A stretch of DNA of 64,000 nucleotides from Octopus vulgaris (taxonomy: Eukaryota). Where the stretch lies: contig OX597833.1 in the NCBI GenBank assembly GCA_951406725.2, positions 58,528,001 through 58,592,000 of the forward strand, in the 5' to 3' direction. The notes beneath the pieces were generated by a model. The model saw only the letters and a program-made list of their open reading frames with translations. It was not told the DNA's origin and did no database searches. Both the position numbers and the translations under genes were made by a program. Of the stretch, positions 14,224 through 27,584 are shown in pieces; within the stretch, counting starts at the first letter, position 1, and the number at the start of each line of letters is the position of its first letter.

Positions 14224-14369
14224 AATGACTTTCTGTGTTGATGGCTATTTCTGGAATCATAATCTCATTTTGAAATTGCTTTTCATGATGTCACATAACT
14301 GTTGGTTTTCATCTGGTTTTGTGTTCTGCCCTTTTGCACAGCACCTTAGGCCAGATGCCTTCAACTATA

Positions 14370-14598
14370 TATTTCTTTACTACCCACAAGGGACTAAACA
14401 TAGAGGGGACAAACAAGGACAGACAAAGGGATTAAGTCGATTACATCGACTCCAGTGCGTAACTGGTACTTTATTTATCGACCCCGAAAGGATGAAAGGC
14501 AAAGTCGACCTCGGCGGAATTTGAACTCAGAACGTAACGACAGACGAAATACAGCTACGCATTTCGCCTGGTGTGCTAACGTTTCTGCCAGCTCGCCT
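14370..14598 (-). mobile_element. SINE family D (Meta-domain-like gcctttcatcctttcggggtcgataaattaagtaccag)
   Basis: Around 15 related copies in the window. Confidence 0.82.
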
Positions 14599-15944
14599 TA
14601 TCTTCTACTATAGCACCGGGTCAGCCGAAGCCTTGTCAGTGGACTTGATAGAAACTAAAAGAAGTCCTCTGTGTGTGTGTGTGTACTTGTATCCTGTGGT
14701 CATGTAATGGTTGTAAATGAGCAGCACTGTAATAAAGCAACATTCGTTTCTTGCCTTCCGTTGGAAAACATGTCTGGCTATGGGAAATATAACCTTATTT
14801 TGAAACTAGTAAAGGTTGGTGACAGGAAGGGCATCCAGCGATAAAATCTGCCTCCATAAATTCAGTCTACCCCATGCAAGCATGGAAAATTAGACGTTAT
14901 TTACGTACTGAGTCCAAATTCCACTGAGGTCAACTTTGTCTTTCATCCTTTCGGGGTCAATAAATTAAATACAAGTTGAGTACTGGGGTCAATCTAATCG
15001 ACTGGCCCCACCTCCCCCAAAATTTCGGGCCTTGTGCCTAGTGTAGAAAAGAATGTTATCATAAGTGTTTTATTTGATTTTTAGTACTGGCTTTTAGGTG
15101 TGTTTTTTTTTAAAATTTTTTTAGGTGTATTTTAAAAAAAATTTTTCAGGTGTTTTTTAAAAAAATTTTAGATGTTTTTTAAAAAAAAATTTTAACCTAT
15201 CTTTAATGTTTGCTGTAATTAATGTAAAGTCATTTAAGGTTTATTTAAAAAAAAAAAAATCAACTTAAATTAGAAAATGGCATGACTTGAAACATGTAAT
15301 TTGAGGCTTGCTTGTATATATATATGACTGTGAAAAGATATTTTTTTTCCTGTAATATAGTTTAGTTAATCAAAGGCAGAGTAGTTACTTAAAAAAAAAA
15401 AAAAAAACTAACTATTTTTATCAAAATATTCCTAAACAAATTCGTCACTGTCAGATTAAACAAACAAGCAAAATACTTTGTATTCTATTAAGTGCGATCA
15501 AATTGCACTTTTCTGCTTACAACAACAACAAGAACAACATTTATAGCTGACTGAGCATTCTCTCCATACTTATAAAATGTCAATATGAATATAGGCCAAG
15601 CCTTCTAGACAAAGGTGAATCATTCCGTTTGAAGTAAATATTTTCAAGTGACTTAAGAGGCCCATAAAACTGGTACTTAGCTCTAGTTTTCGTAGCATGA
15701 AGCAGATGTGATATCCTAACCCCCGCCCCACTTACTTTCTATCTCCGATAAAATACAAATCTATTTACAGTCAATGCATCTACGTTCGGTATTTTGTTTT
15801 GATAGGTGAACGGATTGCTTGAAGTAAAGTAAAGTAAAAAAATTTAAACTTGGCTTTCGTAGGTGAACCCGTGGAAAGATCGTTATCGTCAAGTGATGTG
15901 TCAAAGGAATGAATTAATAAAAATAAGTAGGCCTGTGTAGTCTC

Positions 15945-16477
15945 AAGTGTGGCTGTGTGGTAAGAGGTTTGCTTCAATCACATGGTTCTGGGTTCAGTCC
16001 CACTTCGTTGCACCTTGGGCAGGTGTCTTCTGCTGTTGCGTCAAAACCATGCCAGCATGTTTGATAGATGAAAACTGAAAGAACCTCACCACATACATAC
16101 ATACTGGCTGTGTGGTAAGTAGCTTGCTTACCAACCACATGGTTCCGGGTTCAGTCCCACTGCGTGGCACCTTGGGCAAGTGTCTTCTACTATAGCCTCG
16201 GCCTGACCAAAGCCTTGTGAGTGGATTTGGTAGACGGAAACTGAAAGAAGCCCTATATATATGTATATGTATATATATGTGTGTGTCTGTGTTTGTCCCC
16301 CCAACATCGCTTGATAACCGATGCTGGTGTGTTTACGTCTCCGTAACTTAGCGGTTCAGCAAAAGGGACTGATAGAATAAGTACTAGGCTTCCAAAGAAT
16401 AAATCCCAGGGTCGATTTGCTCGACTAAAGGCGGTGCTCCAGTATGGACACAGTCAAATGACTGAAACAAGTAAAGA

Positions 16478-16479
<2 letters not shown>
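15945..16479 (+). mobile_element. Partial plus full SINE A copies in tandem
   Basis: Heads at about 15950 and 16105. Confidence 0.85.
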
Positions 16480-16531
<52 letters not shown>

Positions 16532-17232
16532 GTATGTATCTAATGAGTGTGACTGTCTCCATGCTTTGACATTGTGTGATAGTTGCAAACAAATGTCAGT
16601 GTCATGTACGAAGTGCCCGTTGTTCCTAATCTTCCATGAAAACCTGTCTTTTAATGGAGAAATACTACCTTACCTGGAAACAGGTGAGGGTTGGTGACGG
16701 GAAGGGCACCTGGCTGTAGGAAATCTACCTCAACAAAATTCTGACTGACCCATGTAATCATGGAAAAGTGGACATTAAAACAATGGTGATGAAGTATCAG
16801 ACTGCAGTGAGTATGTCTAGGTTGGTGGTTTGATTGACTAAAAACTCTCAAAGGTGGCGCCCCAACATGGCGACAATCCAATGACTGAAATTAATAATCT
16901 ACTGTAGGCACGAGACCTGACATTTTTGTGGGAGGGAATTAGTCAATTACATTGGCCCTTGCTCTTGACTGGTACTTACTCTATTGACCACGAAAGGAAA
17001 AAAAGCATAGGTGACCTTGTTGGCATTTGAACTCATGAAATGCTGCTAAGCATTTTGTCTGGTGTGCTAATGGTTCTGCCAGCTTTCCACCTTAACCCTT
17101 TGGAATTTAAGCTGGGCAAATCCAGCCAAAATATTCTACCTGTTTTATGTTCAGACTGGCTTGATAGATCTAGCCAGATCATAGAGGTGGACGAAATATT
17201 GCTAAGCATTTTACTCGGCGTGCTAACGATTC

Positions 17233-17825
17233 TTTTTTCTTTATTGCCCACAAGGGGCTAAACATAGAGGGGACAAACAAGGACAGACAAAGGGATTAAG
17301 TCCATTACATCAACCCTAGTGCGTAACTGGTACTTAATTTATCGACCCTGAAAGGATGAAAGCATAGTCGACCTCAGTGGAATTTGAACTCAGAATGTAA
17401 TGGCAGACGAAATACCTATATCTTTACTACCCACAAGGGGCTAAACACAGAGGGGACAAACAAAGACAGACAAAGGGATTAAGTTGATTACATCGACCCC
17501 AGTGCATAACTGGTACTTAATTTATCGACCCCGAAAGGATGAAAGGCAAAGTCAACCTCAGCGGAATTTGAACTCAGATTGTAACGGCAGACTTATTTCT
17601 TTACTATCCACGAGGGGCTAAACACAGAGGGGACAAACAAGGACAGGCAAAGGGATTAAGTCGATTATATCCATCCCAGTGCATAACTGGTACTTAATTT
17701 ATCGACCCCAAAAGGATGAAAGGCAAAGTCGACCTTGGCGGAATTTGAACTCAGAACGTAACGGCAGACGAAATACTGCTAAGCATTTCGCCCGGCGTGC
17801 TAACGATTCTGCCAGCTTGCTGCCT
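17233..17825 (-). mobile_element. Head-to-tail trimer of SINE family D
   Basis: Three units of about 180 bp, each starting tctttattgccc or tctttactaccc on the plus strand. Confidence 0.88.
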
Positions 17826-18094
17826 TGTGATAGTGTATAATACTGGTTTCAAATTTTGGCACAAGGCCAGCAATTTTGGAGGAGGGGCTAAGTCGATTAC
17901 TTATGATAGTATATAATACTAAAGGTTTATTCCATAGGCCAATATCTCAGACTCATAGGAAAAAGAAATGAGATTGTTTGACATTTGTGATTTTCTCAGA
18001 ATCATTAGCAAACTGCACAAAGTTAAATGACCATTACTTTGTGCCAACATGCTAATAACAATGTGATAAATAACGAATACCATTAATATTAAAT

Positions 18095-18503
18095 ATTTTG
18101 TTGTATCTCGGGAGGTTCGTTATGTCAATAATAAACACGCATTTTATTATTCATCAATTGGTTAATTATTGAAGCAGTTAATTAATTGGTTATTTGTTTA
18201 ACTATTTGGTTAATTAAGTGATCACTTATGTGTTTGCCAAAGACACTTTTGTTGTCATTTGCAGCCCCTTCAGTGACATGGCCCCTCTGCTCCAGATCAG
18301 CTTCAGAGGTCGCGAATGGTGATGACAGGACTTTGAGAAACGACTGATTGATTGATAAGCTGAATGATTAATCAAATAACTGATTAGTTAATTGATTAAA
18401 TAATTAAGCAATTGGCAAATAAATAATAATAAAAGAAGTGAAACAGAGCCAGAGTATGTCTGCTTATTATTAACATAATGATCCTGTCAAGATACAATAA
18501 AAT
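18095..18503. mobile_element. Old degenerate foldback/MITE
   Basis: attttgttgtatctcgggaggttcgttatgtcaataataaac is inverted at 18461-18503. Confidence 0.65.
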
Positions 18504-18506
18504 CTG

Positions 18507-18921
18507 GGATCTTTTCGGTTTGAACGGCAGTTTTTTCTAGCGGTGTCATATGAAATTGTCACCCATAATTATGACCCTAGTATCAATCTATTGCATTTCA
18601 ATCTATTTTAGGGTTAGGGTTGGGGGAAGGGTATCTTTTTTCTTCACAAATGTAAATAAACCCAATCTGTTTCTTAAACGAGGGACATATTCATACGGCA
18701 CAGAATGTTTTTTTTTACCTCAATAGACGGTCATTGATTGGTTGAAATTGCCAAAATGCAAGAAATTAAAGACCAAAATATCTTACAAATTATAGAATTT
18801 TCTCAATAAAGCCAAGAGAAAAAGATGTTTTATAAACACATTCTACCAGTATATGAAGTTTTAAAACTTTTTAGTTACCTAGAAATTGTGTTAAAAACTG
18901 CCGTTCAAACCGAAAAGATCC
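18507..18921 (-). mobile_element. Merlin-like MITE
   Basis: Perfect TIRs; TSD aaaatctg/aaattctg. Confidence 0.82.
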
Positions 18922-19315
18922 AAATTCTGTTTCCACGCAAGTTCACATCAAGAATCCTGTGGACTAAATACAAAAACAAAATCTTAAATAATTATTTGTT
19001 GGGGTAATGATAGTAATTATAAAAAAAATCACTTTAAAAAATATAAATATATTTCTCCCCAAATTTTGTTTGATTTACCGAAAAGAACAGGCTCTGATTA
19101 TTCAATTATTCAGGAATCGCTAATAAGTAGGTCACATCAACCAATACTAGAGGCAGCCTCACCTTCCTTGCCACTGCTGTGGTAGTAGGTGACGCTGAGG
19201 AAGACTTTCAAAAACTGACTTTTTTTTATTCATACTTTCAACTATTTCTCTTGTTTATGGCTCCCGCTCGAGAGGCGAGAGGCGGGGCGGGGCTATAGGA
19301 AGCTTAATGGGAGTT

Positions 19316-20235
19316 GCATGTTTGTGTGTGTGTGTGTGTGTGTGTTTGTGCATGCATGTGTGTGTGTGTGTGCGTGTGAGTGTGTGCATATTTGCGTGCA
19401 TGCATGTATGCAAGCATGTGTGTGTATTTGTGTGTGTATGCATGTGTGTGTGTGTGTGTGTGTGGTGTATTTGTGTATGTATGTGTGTGTGCGTACATGT
19501 GTGTGTGTGTGTGAGCGTGTGTGCAAGCATGTGTGTGTATTGTGTGTGTGTGTGGTGTATTTGTGTATGTATGTATGTGTGCTTGCGTGCGTGTGTGCGA
19601 GTGTGTGTATGTGCATGCATGTGTGTGTATGCATGTGTGTATATTTGTGTATGCATGCATGCATGTATTTGTGTGTGCATGGATGTGTGCAAGCATATGT
19701 GTGTATGCATGTGTGTGTGGTGTATTTGTGTATGTATGTATGTGTGCATGCATGTGTATGTGCGAGTGTGTGTATGTGCATGCATGTGTGTGTATGCATG
19801 TGTGTATATTTGTGTATGCATGCATGCATGTATTTGTGTGTGCATGGATGTGTGCAAGCATGTGTGTGTATGCATGTGTGTGTGGTGTATTTGTATATGT
19901 ATGTATGTGTGCGTGTGTATGTGTGTGTGTTTGTGCATGCATGTGTGTGCATGCATGCGTGTATGTATGTGTGTGTGCATGCATGCATGTGTGTATTTGT
20001 ATATGCATGCATGCGTGTATTTGTGTGCAGTCATGTGTGCATATTTGCATGTGCATGCATATGTGTCTCCATGTGTCCATGCGTGTGCATGCATGCGTGT
20101 GTATGCACACGTTTGTGCATGCATGCACATGCATGTATCTTTGTGCATGTGTGTGTGCATGTATGTTTGTGTGTGTGTGTGTGTGTGTGTATGTTTATGC
20201 ATGTGTGTATGTGTGTGTTTACATGTTTGCATATA
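19316..20235. repeat. Compound (TG)n/(TGCA)n microsatellite with an internal duplication of about 170 bp
   Basis: Direct observation. Confidence 0.95.
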
Positions 20236-20784
20236 CAGAGCCACAAATATACAATATCAATAATCATTCACAATACACACACAAACACAATACGAAAATC
20301 ATTCTCGAAATTGTTTTTGTTTCTCCTTCTCTGCTGTTTGCTTTGTCTCTTCATCTGATGACTCATCTAACGAATATCTTAAACATTTCTCTTATTTATT
20401 CCGTTACTTTCCATAATTGAAAGATAAAAAAGCAAATTACAAAATTAAAAAAAAATGTTTTATCCGCAAACCAAAGAAACAAACTTCAATACAAAACAAA
20501 GTCTTTGTAATTTTCTAATATTTTCATTATTTATTGGGTTTTGATTGATATAAAGTAATTAACATTTCGTGTGTCTTCCAACTTGCGATCCACATTTCAT
20601 GGGTTACTTTTTGGGGTTGATATTGTGAATCGTAGGCATTTACTGTATTCGTACAATACATTGTTTTTGTTTGTATATGGTTTATTTTACTTTCAGGAAA
20701 GACATGGGAAGTATCTTTCGGTCTGGGATAGAATCATAAGAATGGGAGTTGTCCCTAAAATTGTTTCAAATTTTGGCACTGGGC

Positions 20785-21180
20785 CATCATCATCATCATC
20801 ATCATCGTTTAATGTCCGCTTTCTATGCTGGCATGGGTTCGACGGTTTGACTGAAGTCTGGGGTGGCGTGGAGTGGGGGCAGTGGCTGCACCAGGCTCCA
20901 ATCTGATCTGGCAAGGTTTCTACAGCTGGATGCCCTTCCTAACGCCAACCACTCCAAGAGTGTAGTGGGTGCCTTTTACGTGCCTCTGGCATGGGGGCTA
21001 GTCAGGCGGCACTGGCATTGACCATGCTTGAATGGTGTATTTTACGTGCCACTGGTACAGGAACCAGTCCGGTGGCACTGGCATTGACCATGCTTGAATG
21101 GTGCTTTTTATGTGCCACCAGTACAGAAGCCAGTCCAGTGGCACTAGTATCGACCACGCTTGAATGGTGCTTTTTATGTG
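20785..21180 (-). mobile_element. SINE family C with 4 tandem modules
   Basis: (CAT)n tail and modules of about 62 bp. Confidence 0.82.
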
Positions 21181-21728
21181 AATGATATTTTTTTTGCATT
21201 TTAGGAGAAGGGGCTTAGTCAATTACATCAACCCCAGCACAAAACTGGTACTTATTTGATCAAACCTGGAAGAATTGAAGGCAAAGTTGGCCTCAGTAGT
21301 ATTTGAACTCAGACTCTGAAGAACTAGAAGAAATTCTGTTAAGCATTTGGTCCAGTGTGCTAACCCTTCTGCCAGCTCCCCACCTTAGTTGTCCCTGAAC
21401 TTACAATTAAATAATCATGAGTGAAGGGATCTTTTATATGGTGATTATTTTGTATATTTTGTGGAGGATTTTTTTAGTTATTGCTATATCTGGTGACCAC
21501 TCCATTGATCTGCATCCCAGCTATTCGGATTCTGATTTTACAGAAAATAGTATAACTGCAGCCAGTGGCTGTGTGGTTAAGAAGCTTGCTACTCGCTCCC
21601 ATGTGAAACTGGGTTCAGTTCCACTGCATGGCACCTCAGCAAGAGCCTTCTGTAGCTCCAGACCAGCCAACGCCTTGCGAGTGAATTTAATAGACAGAAA
21701 TGGAAAGAAGGCCATTACATGCACGTGC

Positions 21729-21753
21729 ATACACACACACACACACACACACA

Positions 21754-21798
<45 letters not shown>

Positions 21799-21868
21799 AC
21801 ACACACACACACACACAATCACCGACACACACACAGACACAGACACACACACACACAGACACAGAGAG

Positions 21869-21902
<34 letters not shown>

Positions 21903-21918
21903 ACACACACACACACAG

Positions 21919-21950
<32 letters not shown>

Positions 21951-22027
21951 ACACACACACAGACACACACACACAGACACACTCATACACAGACACAGAC
22001 ACAGACACACACACAGACACAGACACA

Positions 22028-22075
<48 letters not shown>
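21729..22075. repeat. (CA)n/(CAGA) microsatellite
   Basis: Direct observation. Confidence 0.97.
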
Positions 22076-22077
<2 letters not shown>

Positions 22078-22270
22078 TGTAAATTGGCTTCATTATTTTT
22101 GAAAGATTTGTTTTCCTTTCTCTTTTGAATATTTCATAGTTGTGGGAAAGGTTTTCTTCCCGCTGCTCTGCCATAGTAACCAAACTGATACAGTTATCTC
22201 ACAGGAATACTCCAATTTATTTGGAGTTGCTCTGCTCTATCTATCGGCTGCCTTTACAATGGAAATTATT

Positions 22271-22898
22271 TTAACCTTTTTTTGCATTTAAACCTGCCAT
22301 ATCCAGCCAAAATATTCCACCTGCTTTATGTTCAGCTCACCCAGATCTGGCCTATCATACCTGCTCTCTTTTACTCTTTTACTTGTTTCAGTCATTTGAC
22401 TGTGGCCATGCTGGTGCACCGCCTTTAGTCGAGCAAATCGACCCCAGGACTTATTCTTTGAAAGCCTAGTACTTATACTATCGGTCTCTTTTGCCAAACC
22501 ACTAAGTTACGGGGATGTAAACACACCAGCATCGGTTATCAAGCGATGTTAGGGGGACAAACACCCCCCCCCCCCCACACACACTTATATATATATATAC
22601 ATATATACAACGGGTTTTCTTTCAGTTTCCGTCTACCAAATCCACTCACAAGGCTTTGGTCAGCCCGAGGCTATAGTAGAAGACACTCGCCCAAGGTACC
22701 ATGTAGTGGGACTGAACCCGAAGCCATGTGGTTGGTAACTGAGCTACTTACCACACAGCCACTCCTACAGTCATTTTAAAAATAACCAGTCACATGATTT
22801 GAAATCTGGAAGCTACGAGATAATGCATGGCTAATTCAAAACAGTATAAATAAACAACCATTACATTTGACTGAGAAATCTGAATGCTTAAGGGTTAA
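22271..22898 (+). mobile_element. piggyBac-like MITE (TTAA-flanked) containing a minus-strand SINE A (22365-22768)
   Basis: Homologous to 36109-36337 on both sides of the SINE; ends ttaacc...agggttaa. Confidence 0.75.
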
Positions 22899-22909
22899 AC
22901 AATCCACTT

Positions 22910-23160
22910 TGGCAGCCTGAAACACTTGTCAGAGGCTCCAGCTTGACCTGACCTGAACGGAATGCAGTTGATTCCTTCTCTTTGCTGGTGAATTGCACAA
23001 TTCACTCCGTTGAGCTCTGCAGCAAGGGTAGTCCAAAGATGTTTGTCTACTCGTATCTACGTTGTCTGAGCCCATCCTCAGATTGTCACACAATATGCCC
23101 TCTTTGAGCATGAATCAACTCTTTTGCGTCCGGTGGTGGGCACAGCATGGCGAGTTGCTA
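22910..23160 (-). pseudogene. Tc1-like transposase N-terminal relic
   Basis: AKELIHAQRGHIV*QSEDGLRQR...IVQFTSKEKESTAFRSG resembles the paired-like HTH region followed by the GRP motif. Confidence 0.45.
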
Positions 23161-23327
23161 CGAACAATTGACATATTGTGGCCTGAAAAATGAAAAATAG
23201 CAATGATTTTGAAGCACTTGCGAGTGCCTGCATAGATAAGATAGCTTAATGAGGGCTTAGCATTTTTCAAATGTCTGTATGTATTAATGTGTGTATGTCT
23301 GTTAATGTATGTGCGTATTAATGTACT

Positions 23328-23543
23328 TACTCTTTTACTTGTTTCAGTCATTTGACTGCAGCCATGCCGGAGCACCGCCTTTTTAATCGAGGCAACTCGA
23401 CCCCGAGACTTATTCTTTTTGTAAGCCCAGTACTTATTCTATCGGTCTCTTTTGCCGAACCGCTAAGTGACGGGGACGTAAACACACCAGCATCGTTTGT
23501 CAAGCAATGTTAGGGGGACAAACACAGACACACAAACATATAC
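23328..23543 (-). mobile_element. SINE family A 3' half
   Basis: Sequence match to family A. Confidence 0.85.
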
Positions 23544-23554
23544 AAGGCTTTAGA

Positions 23555-23727
23555 GCCGCGACCCACTATTTATCACCAGTTTATGACGACCCACTTAACT
23601 CTACTGCACTATCTCGATAGACAGCATTTAATCAAAGCTAATACGTAATTTTATAACTTTTTGCGACCCACTAAGATTCCGTTCGCGACCCATCTGTGGG
23701 TCGCGACTCATAGTTTGGGAACCACTG
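23555..23727. mobile_element. hAT (Charlie-like) MITE, one end
   Basis: Terminus gtttgggaaccactg (CAGTGGTTCCCAAAC) and repeated subterminal cgaccca motifs. Confidence 0.7.
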
Positions 23728-24607
23728 CATTAATACATATGTATATAAATATTAATTTGTCAATTTTTGATATCTTGGCATCTGAAGCAACTGGAGATAC
23801 AATAGTTTGACTAAAAGAACTGGCTGTTGCAAGCAAAAATATATATTGAAAAGAACACATGTGACCAAATATGGGCATATGACAGTTTAACATACTTGCA
23901 AAGACATGTATATATGCGTGTGTGTTTCTGTGTTTGACTGGTGTTGGTGTGTTTATGTCCCCCAGCATAGAAAATGGATGATCAATGCCGATGATCACAC
24001 CATTTCCTTCTTCTAAAATGACTCGCATGGCATTGGTTAGCCCAGGGGTATAACAGAAGACACTTACCCAAGGTTCTGTGCACCCCTGGGACTGAACCTG
24101 AAGTCACGTGATTGCAACGTGAGCTTCTTAACCCCCGATGTCTGCTGGCACCGACTTAACACAGAACTTTTTCTGGCGAGAGACTGATATCTTATCTGCC
24201 AGGTTATGACTCTCAAATTATTGTTTGTGTAAAACTCTGGAGGCAAACCCCATTAAATTAGATGCAAGCCCCTTGTTTACTGACTCCCTAACTTTGTGCT
24301 AAGTTTTCTTTGTAACTAATACATAGCAAATGCCGTAGGATGTGGATCATATTTCTGATTTTGTCACCTACTTAAATCTTAGTATTTTTGACATAAGCTT
24401 AAAATTTATGTGAAATTTGTTGATTGTGGTTTTGTAAACCCATAAACTATATATATGATGTTTGTGTTTCAGCTGACGGTTTTCATAGCTTTTCTAAGTG
24501 AAAATGAATATGTTGCCCATCCTGTCTGTCACGATCCACAAAAATGACACACACTATATACGTGTGTGTATGTATATATAAATATGTATGTATGTGAGTG
24601 TGTGTGA

Positions 24608-24668
<61 letters not shown>

Positions 24669-25332
24669 GATGCAGGAGTGGCTGTGTGGTAAGTAGTGCG
24701 CTTATCAACCACATGGTTCTGGGTTAAGTCCCACTGCATGGCAAATTGAGCAAGTGTCTTCTACTATAGCCTCGGGGTGACCCAAGCCCCTGTGAGTGGA
24801 TTTGGTAGATGGAAATTAAAAGAACCCTGTCATATATATATATATACAACAAGAAATAATTTTTGCCTCTTTTTATGGCGACAAAAGGGTTTATAAGACT
24901 GCAAAAAAAAAAGTGCTCAAATGTAATTGAGACAGAGATAAAAAAAAACATTGATCAGAGAACAAACATCAAATTCAAGTCAAATCATCAGACCTATATA
25001 TATACACATATATATAGCAAATGAAAGACAGAAGATGGAATATATGAGAATTTATTATTAATCACGGCAGTTGTTTCGACACATCTAGCATCGATCCCTC
25101 ATGGGTGGGACACCCGACAACTGGTTTAGGAGCATCCGGTGGTGCAGATGTATCTCGTTGGTTGATAAATAAAATACAACTCATTAAAATAACTGTTCTG
25201 CAATGTAACTTTCCATTTTGTAGAGAAAAAAACAGCCAGAAGGAGGAAATATCTTTCGAGGATATCAAAAATAAAATCACAGATAGCAAAAAGAGAAACA
25301 AACACACAATCCAGTGAGAAAAGTATTAGAAA

Positions 25333-25715
25333 TCTCTCTATATATAAACGGCAGTTTGTCTCTGTGTGTTTCTGTGTGTCTGTTAGGTTGTACCCTCACC
25401 CTGACCACGGCTTTCAACCGATTCTGATGAAACTTGACACACACACAGCCCAATGTCATAATTCAAAACTAACGCAGAGAAAATTTTGAAAAGTACCCCA
25501 GTTCTGAAAAAAATCGATAAATTCGACATGGGGTCGAGAATCGGAAACACAAACCACAGACTGTCTATGGGACGCAACTCGACCTTTTTAACTCTCAAAA
25601 AAATTTCACCATAATTTTTTCCCTATTTTTTTGCTATTTTTTGGCTATAACTCTCTAAAAATGCTTTATAGTTATTTCCCTTACAAACCCGAGCAACGCC
25701 GGGCGATACTGCTAG
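25333..25715 (+). mobile_element. Non-autonomous Helitron
   Basis: a|TCtctctatatataa ... cccgagcaacgccggg hairpin ... CTAG|t; inserted between A and T with no TSD. Confidence 0.88.
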
Positions 25716-26104
25716 TATATATATACATGTGTGTGTATAGTGTGTCATGTATGATGCACAGGATACTTGATTGATGACCTAAGATCTCAAAAAAAAAAAA
25801 AAAAGAAAATTAACTATATTTGAACAAAATAAAAAGAAGTGTATCACACGATACACTTGTCTTTACTGCATGTGACACATATCTTGTGATCACGCGTTAC
25901 TCAATGACTTAACCAAATTAACCTCCAATAAATAAAAGCCTGAAAACGAGCTTAGACGTTTAGGATAAACTTACGAAATTGCTTTTGGCAGGCAAAGGGT
26001 TAAAAGATCTGATTAGATATGTAGAAATGCTTTTAGGGCCCTCATGAAGAAAAATAAAGGATTTGTTACACTAAGAATGGTGTATTAATATGTCCATATA
26101 TGAA

Positions 26105-26305
26105 GGTGGTGAGCTGGCAGAAATATGAGATGCTTAGTGGTATTTCGTCTGTCTTTATGTTCTGAGTTCAAATTCTGCTGTGGTCGACTTTGCCTTTCAT
26201 CCTTTTGGGATCGATAAATTAAGTACCAGTTGTATACTGGGGTCGATCTAATTGACTGGCCCCCTTCCCCAAAATTTCTGGCCTTGTGCCTAGAGTAGAA
26301 AAGAA
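26105..26305 (+). mobile_element. SINE family D
   Basis: Sequence match to family D. Confidence 0.8.
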
Positions 26306-26666
26306 TATGTCCATATAGCGAACACATCACAAAAACCACAGTCCTAGTAAGTAGGAAGGTGAGCACATCACAAACCCCTTCAGGTAGATTGTCCCTGCTT
26401 GATATGTAGAAAAGGTGTAGGTAGAAACTACATAAGACGTACCCAGTGTAAGCTATGGACACATAAGGGATGCAGCAATATCAAAGGAAGGTTAACCTGG
26501 AAGATAGCTTTTGTGTGTGGCAGATGCACAGGGGCATAGTTGCCCATTGCTATTGTAGAAGACACTTGCCCAAGGTGTCACACAGTGGGACTGAACCCAG
26601 AACGATATGGTTGGGAAACAAATTTCTTACCATGCAGTCATGCCAGCACCTGATGTTAATTCTTAG

Positions 26667-26834
26667 TCCTCCTCCTCCTCCTCCTCCTCCTCCTCCCCTC
26701 CTCCTCCTGCTCCCCCTCCTCCTGCTTCCCCTCCTCCTCCTCCTCCTTCCCTCCTCCTCCTGCTCCCCCTCCTCCTGCTTCCCCTCCTCCTCCTCCTCCT
26801 CCTCCTCCTCCTCCTCATCATCATCATCATCATT
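26667..26834. repeat. (CCT)n/(CAT)n microsatellite
   Basis: Direct observation. Confidence 0.95.
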
Positions 26835-27087
26835 ATTTTTACTATTTACTAACCAACACTGCATGCCTCAGTATGGTCACTCAGTTTATTAGAAATAACA
26901 GCCAAAACTCTCTTTAAATCACAACCGAATTGTCTTAAAAGGAAGGACTCACTGGATTATATGTACTGCTACGTAAAAGACTCCCTTCAGTCATGAATGA
27001 CCACGAGATTGCACCTAGAAAGTCTTCCTCTGAGGCATAAGTTCGGGCAAGGTTGTCTTGTGGAAGACCAGCAGTCGCCCATGCATA

Positions 27088-27318
27088 CCTATTTCTTTAC
27101 TACCCACAAGGGGCTAAACACAGAGAGGACAAACAAGGACAGACAAACTGATTAAGTCAATTATATCGACCCCAATGCATAACTGGTACTTAATTTATCA
27201 ACCCTGAAAGGATGAAAGGCAAAGTCGACCTTGGCGGGATTTGAACTCAGAACATAACGGCAGACGAAATACGGCTACACATTTAGCCCGGCGTGCTAAC
27301 GATTCTGCCAGCTCACTA
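27088..27318 (-). mobile_element. SINE family D
   Basis: Sequence match to family D. Confidence 0.85.
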
Positions 27319-27584
27319 CCGGCCTCTCCTCTCCACGCCACCAATGTTACACAAGCGAAAGGCAAAGGCTGATAAGACGAAATGCAGAATGCATACACCC
27401 ATTCATTGTGTTGGAATCTCTACAGATGCTGCACCCTCAGTGCATGCCTGCACATCAAAAGTTAGGGCACACCTCACCTGCCATGCAGAGATCACTGATA
27501 GTGGAGGAACCATCTGACCAGTGAAACATGATGATAGTGATGTTCCTTCTCGAGCCATGCCAGGCTCATAAGGGCCGGTTTCCT

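Noticed and set aside
19255-20420. His/Thr- or Cys/Val-rich ORFs (also 21417-22128 and 50591-51580)
   Set aside because: Translations of (CA)/(TG) arrays.
21417-21492. Possible Piezo exon 1 (MSEGIFYMVIILYILWRIFLVIAIS, phase-1 GT)
   Set aside because: Phase fits, but the donor gtgacc is weak and the conserved LLP motif is absent; probably chance hydrophobic AT-rich sequence. RNA-seq would settle it.
26470-26892. Poly-Pro/Leu/Ser or poly-Glu ORF
   Set aside because: (CCT)n microsatellite joined to a SINE fragment.
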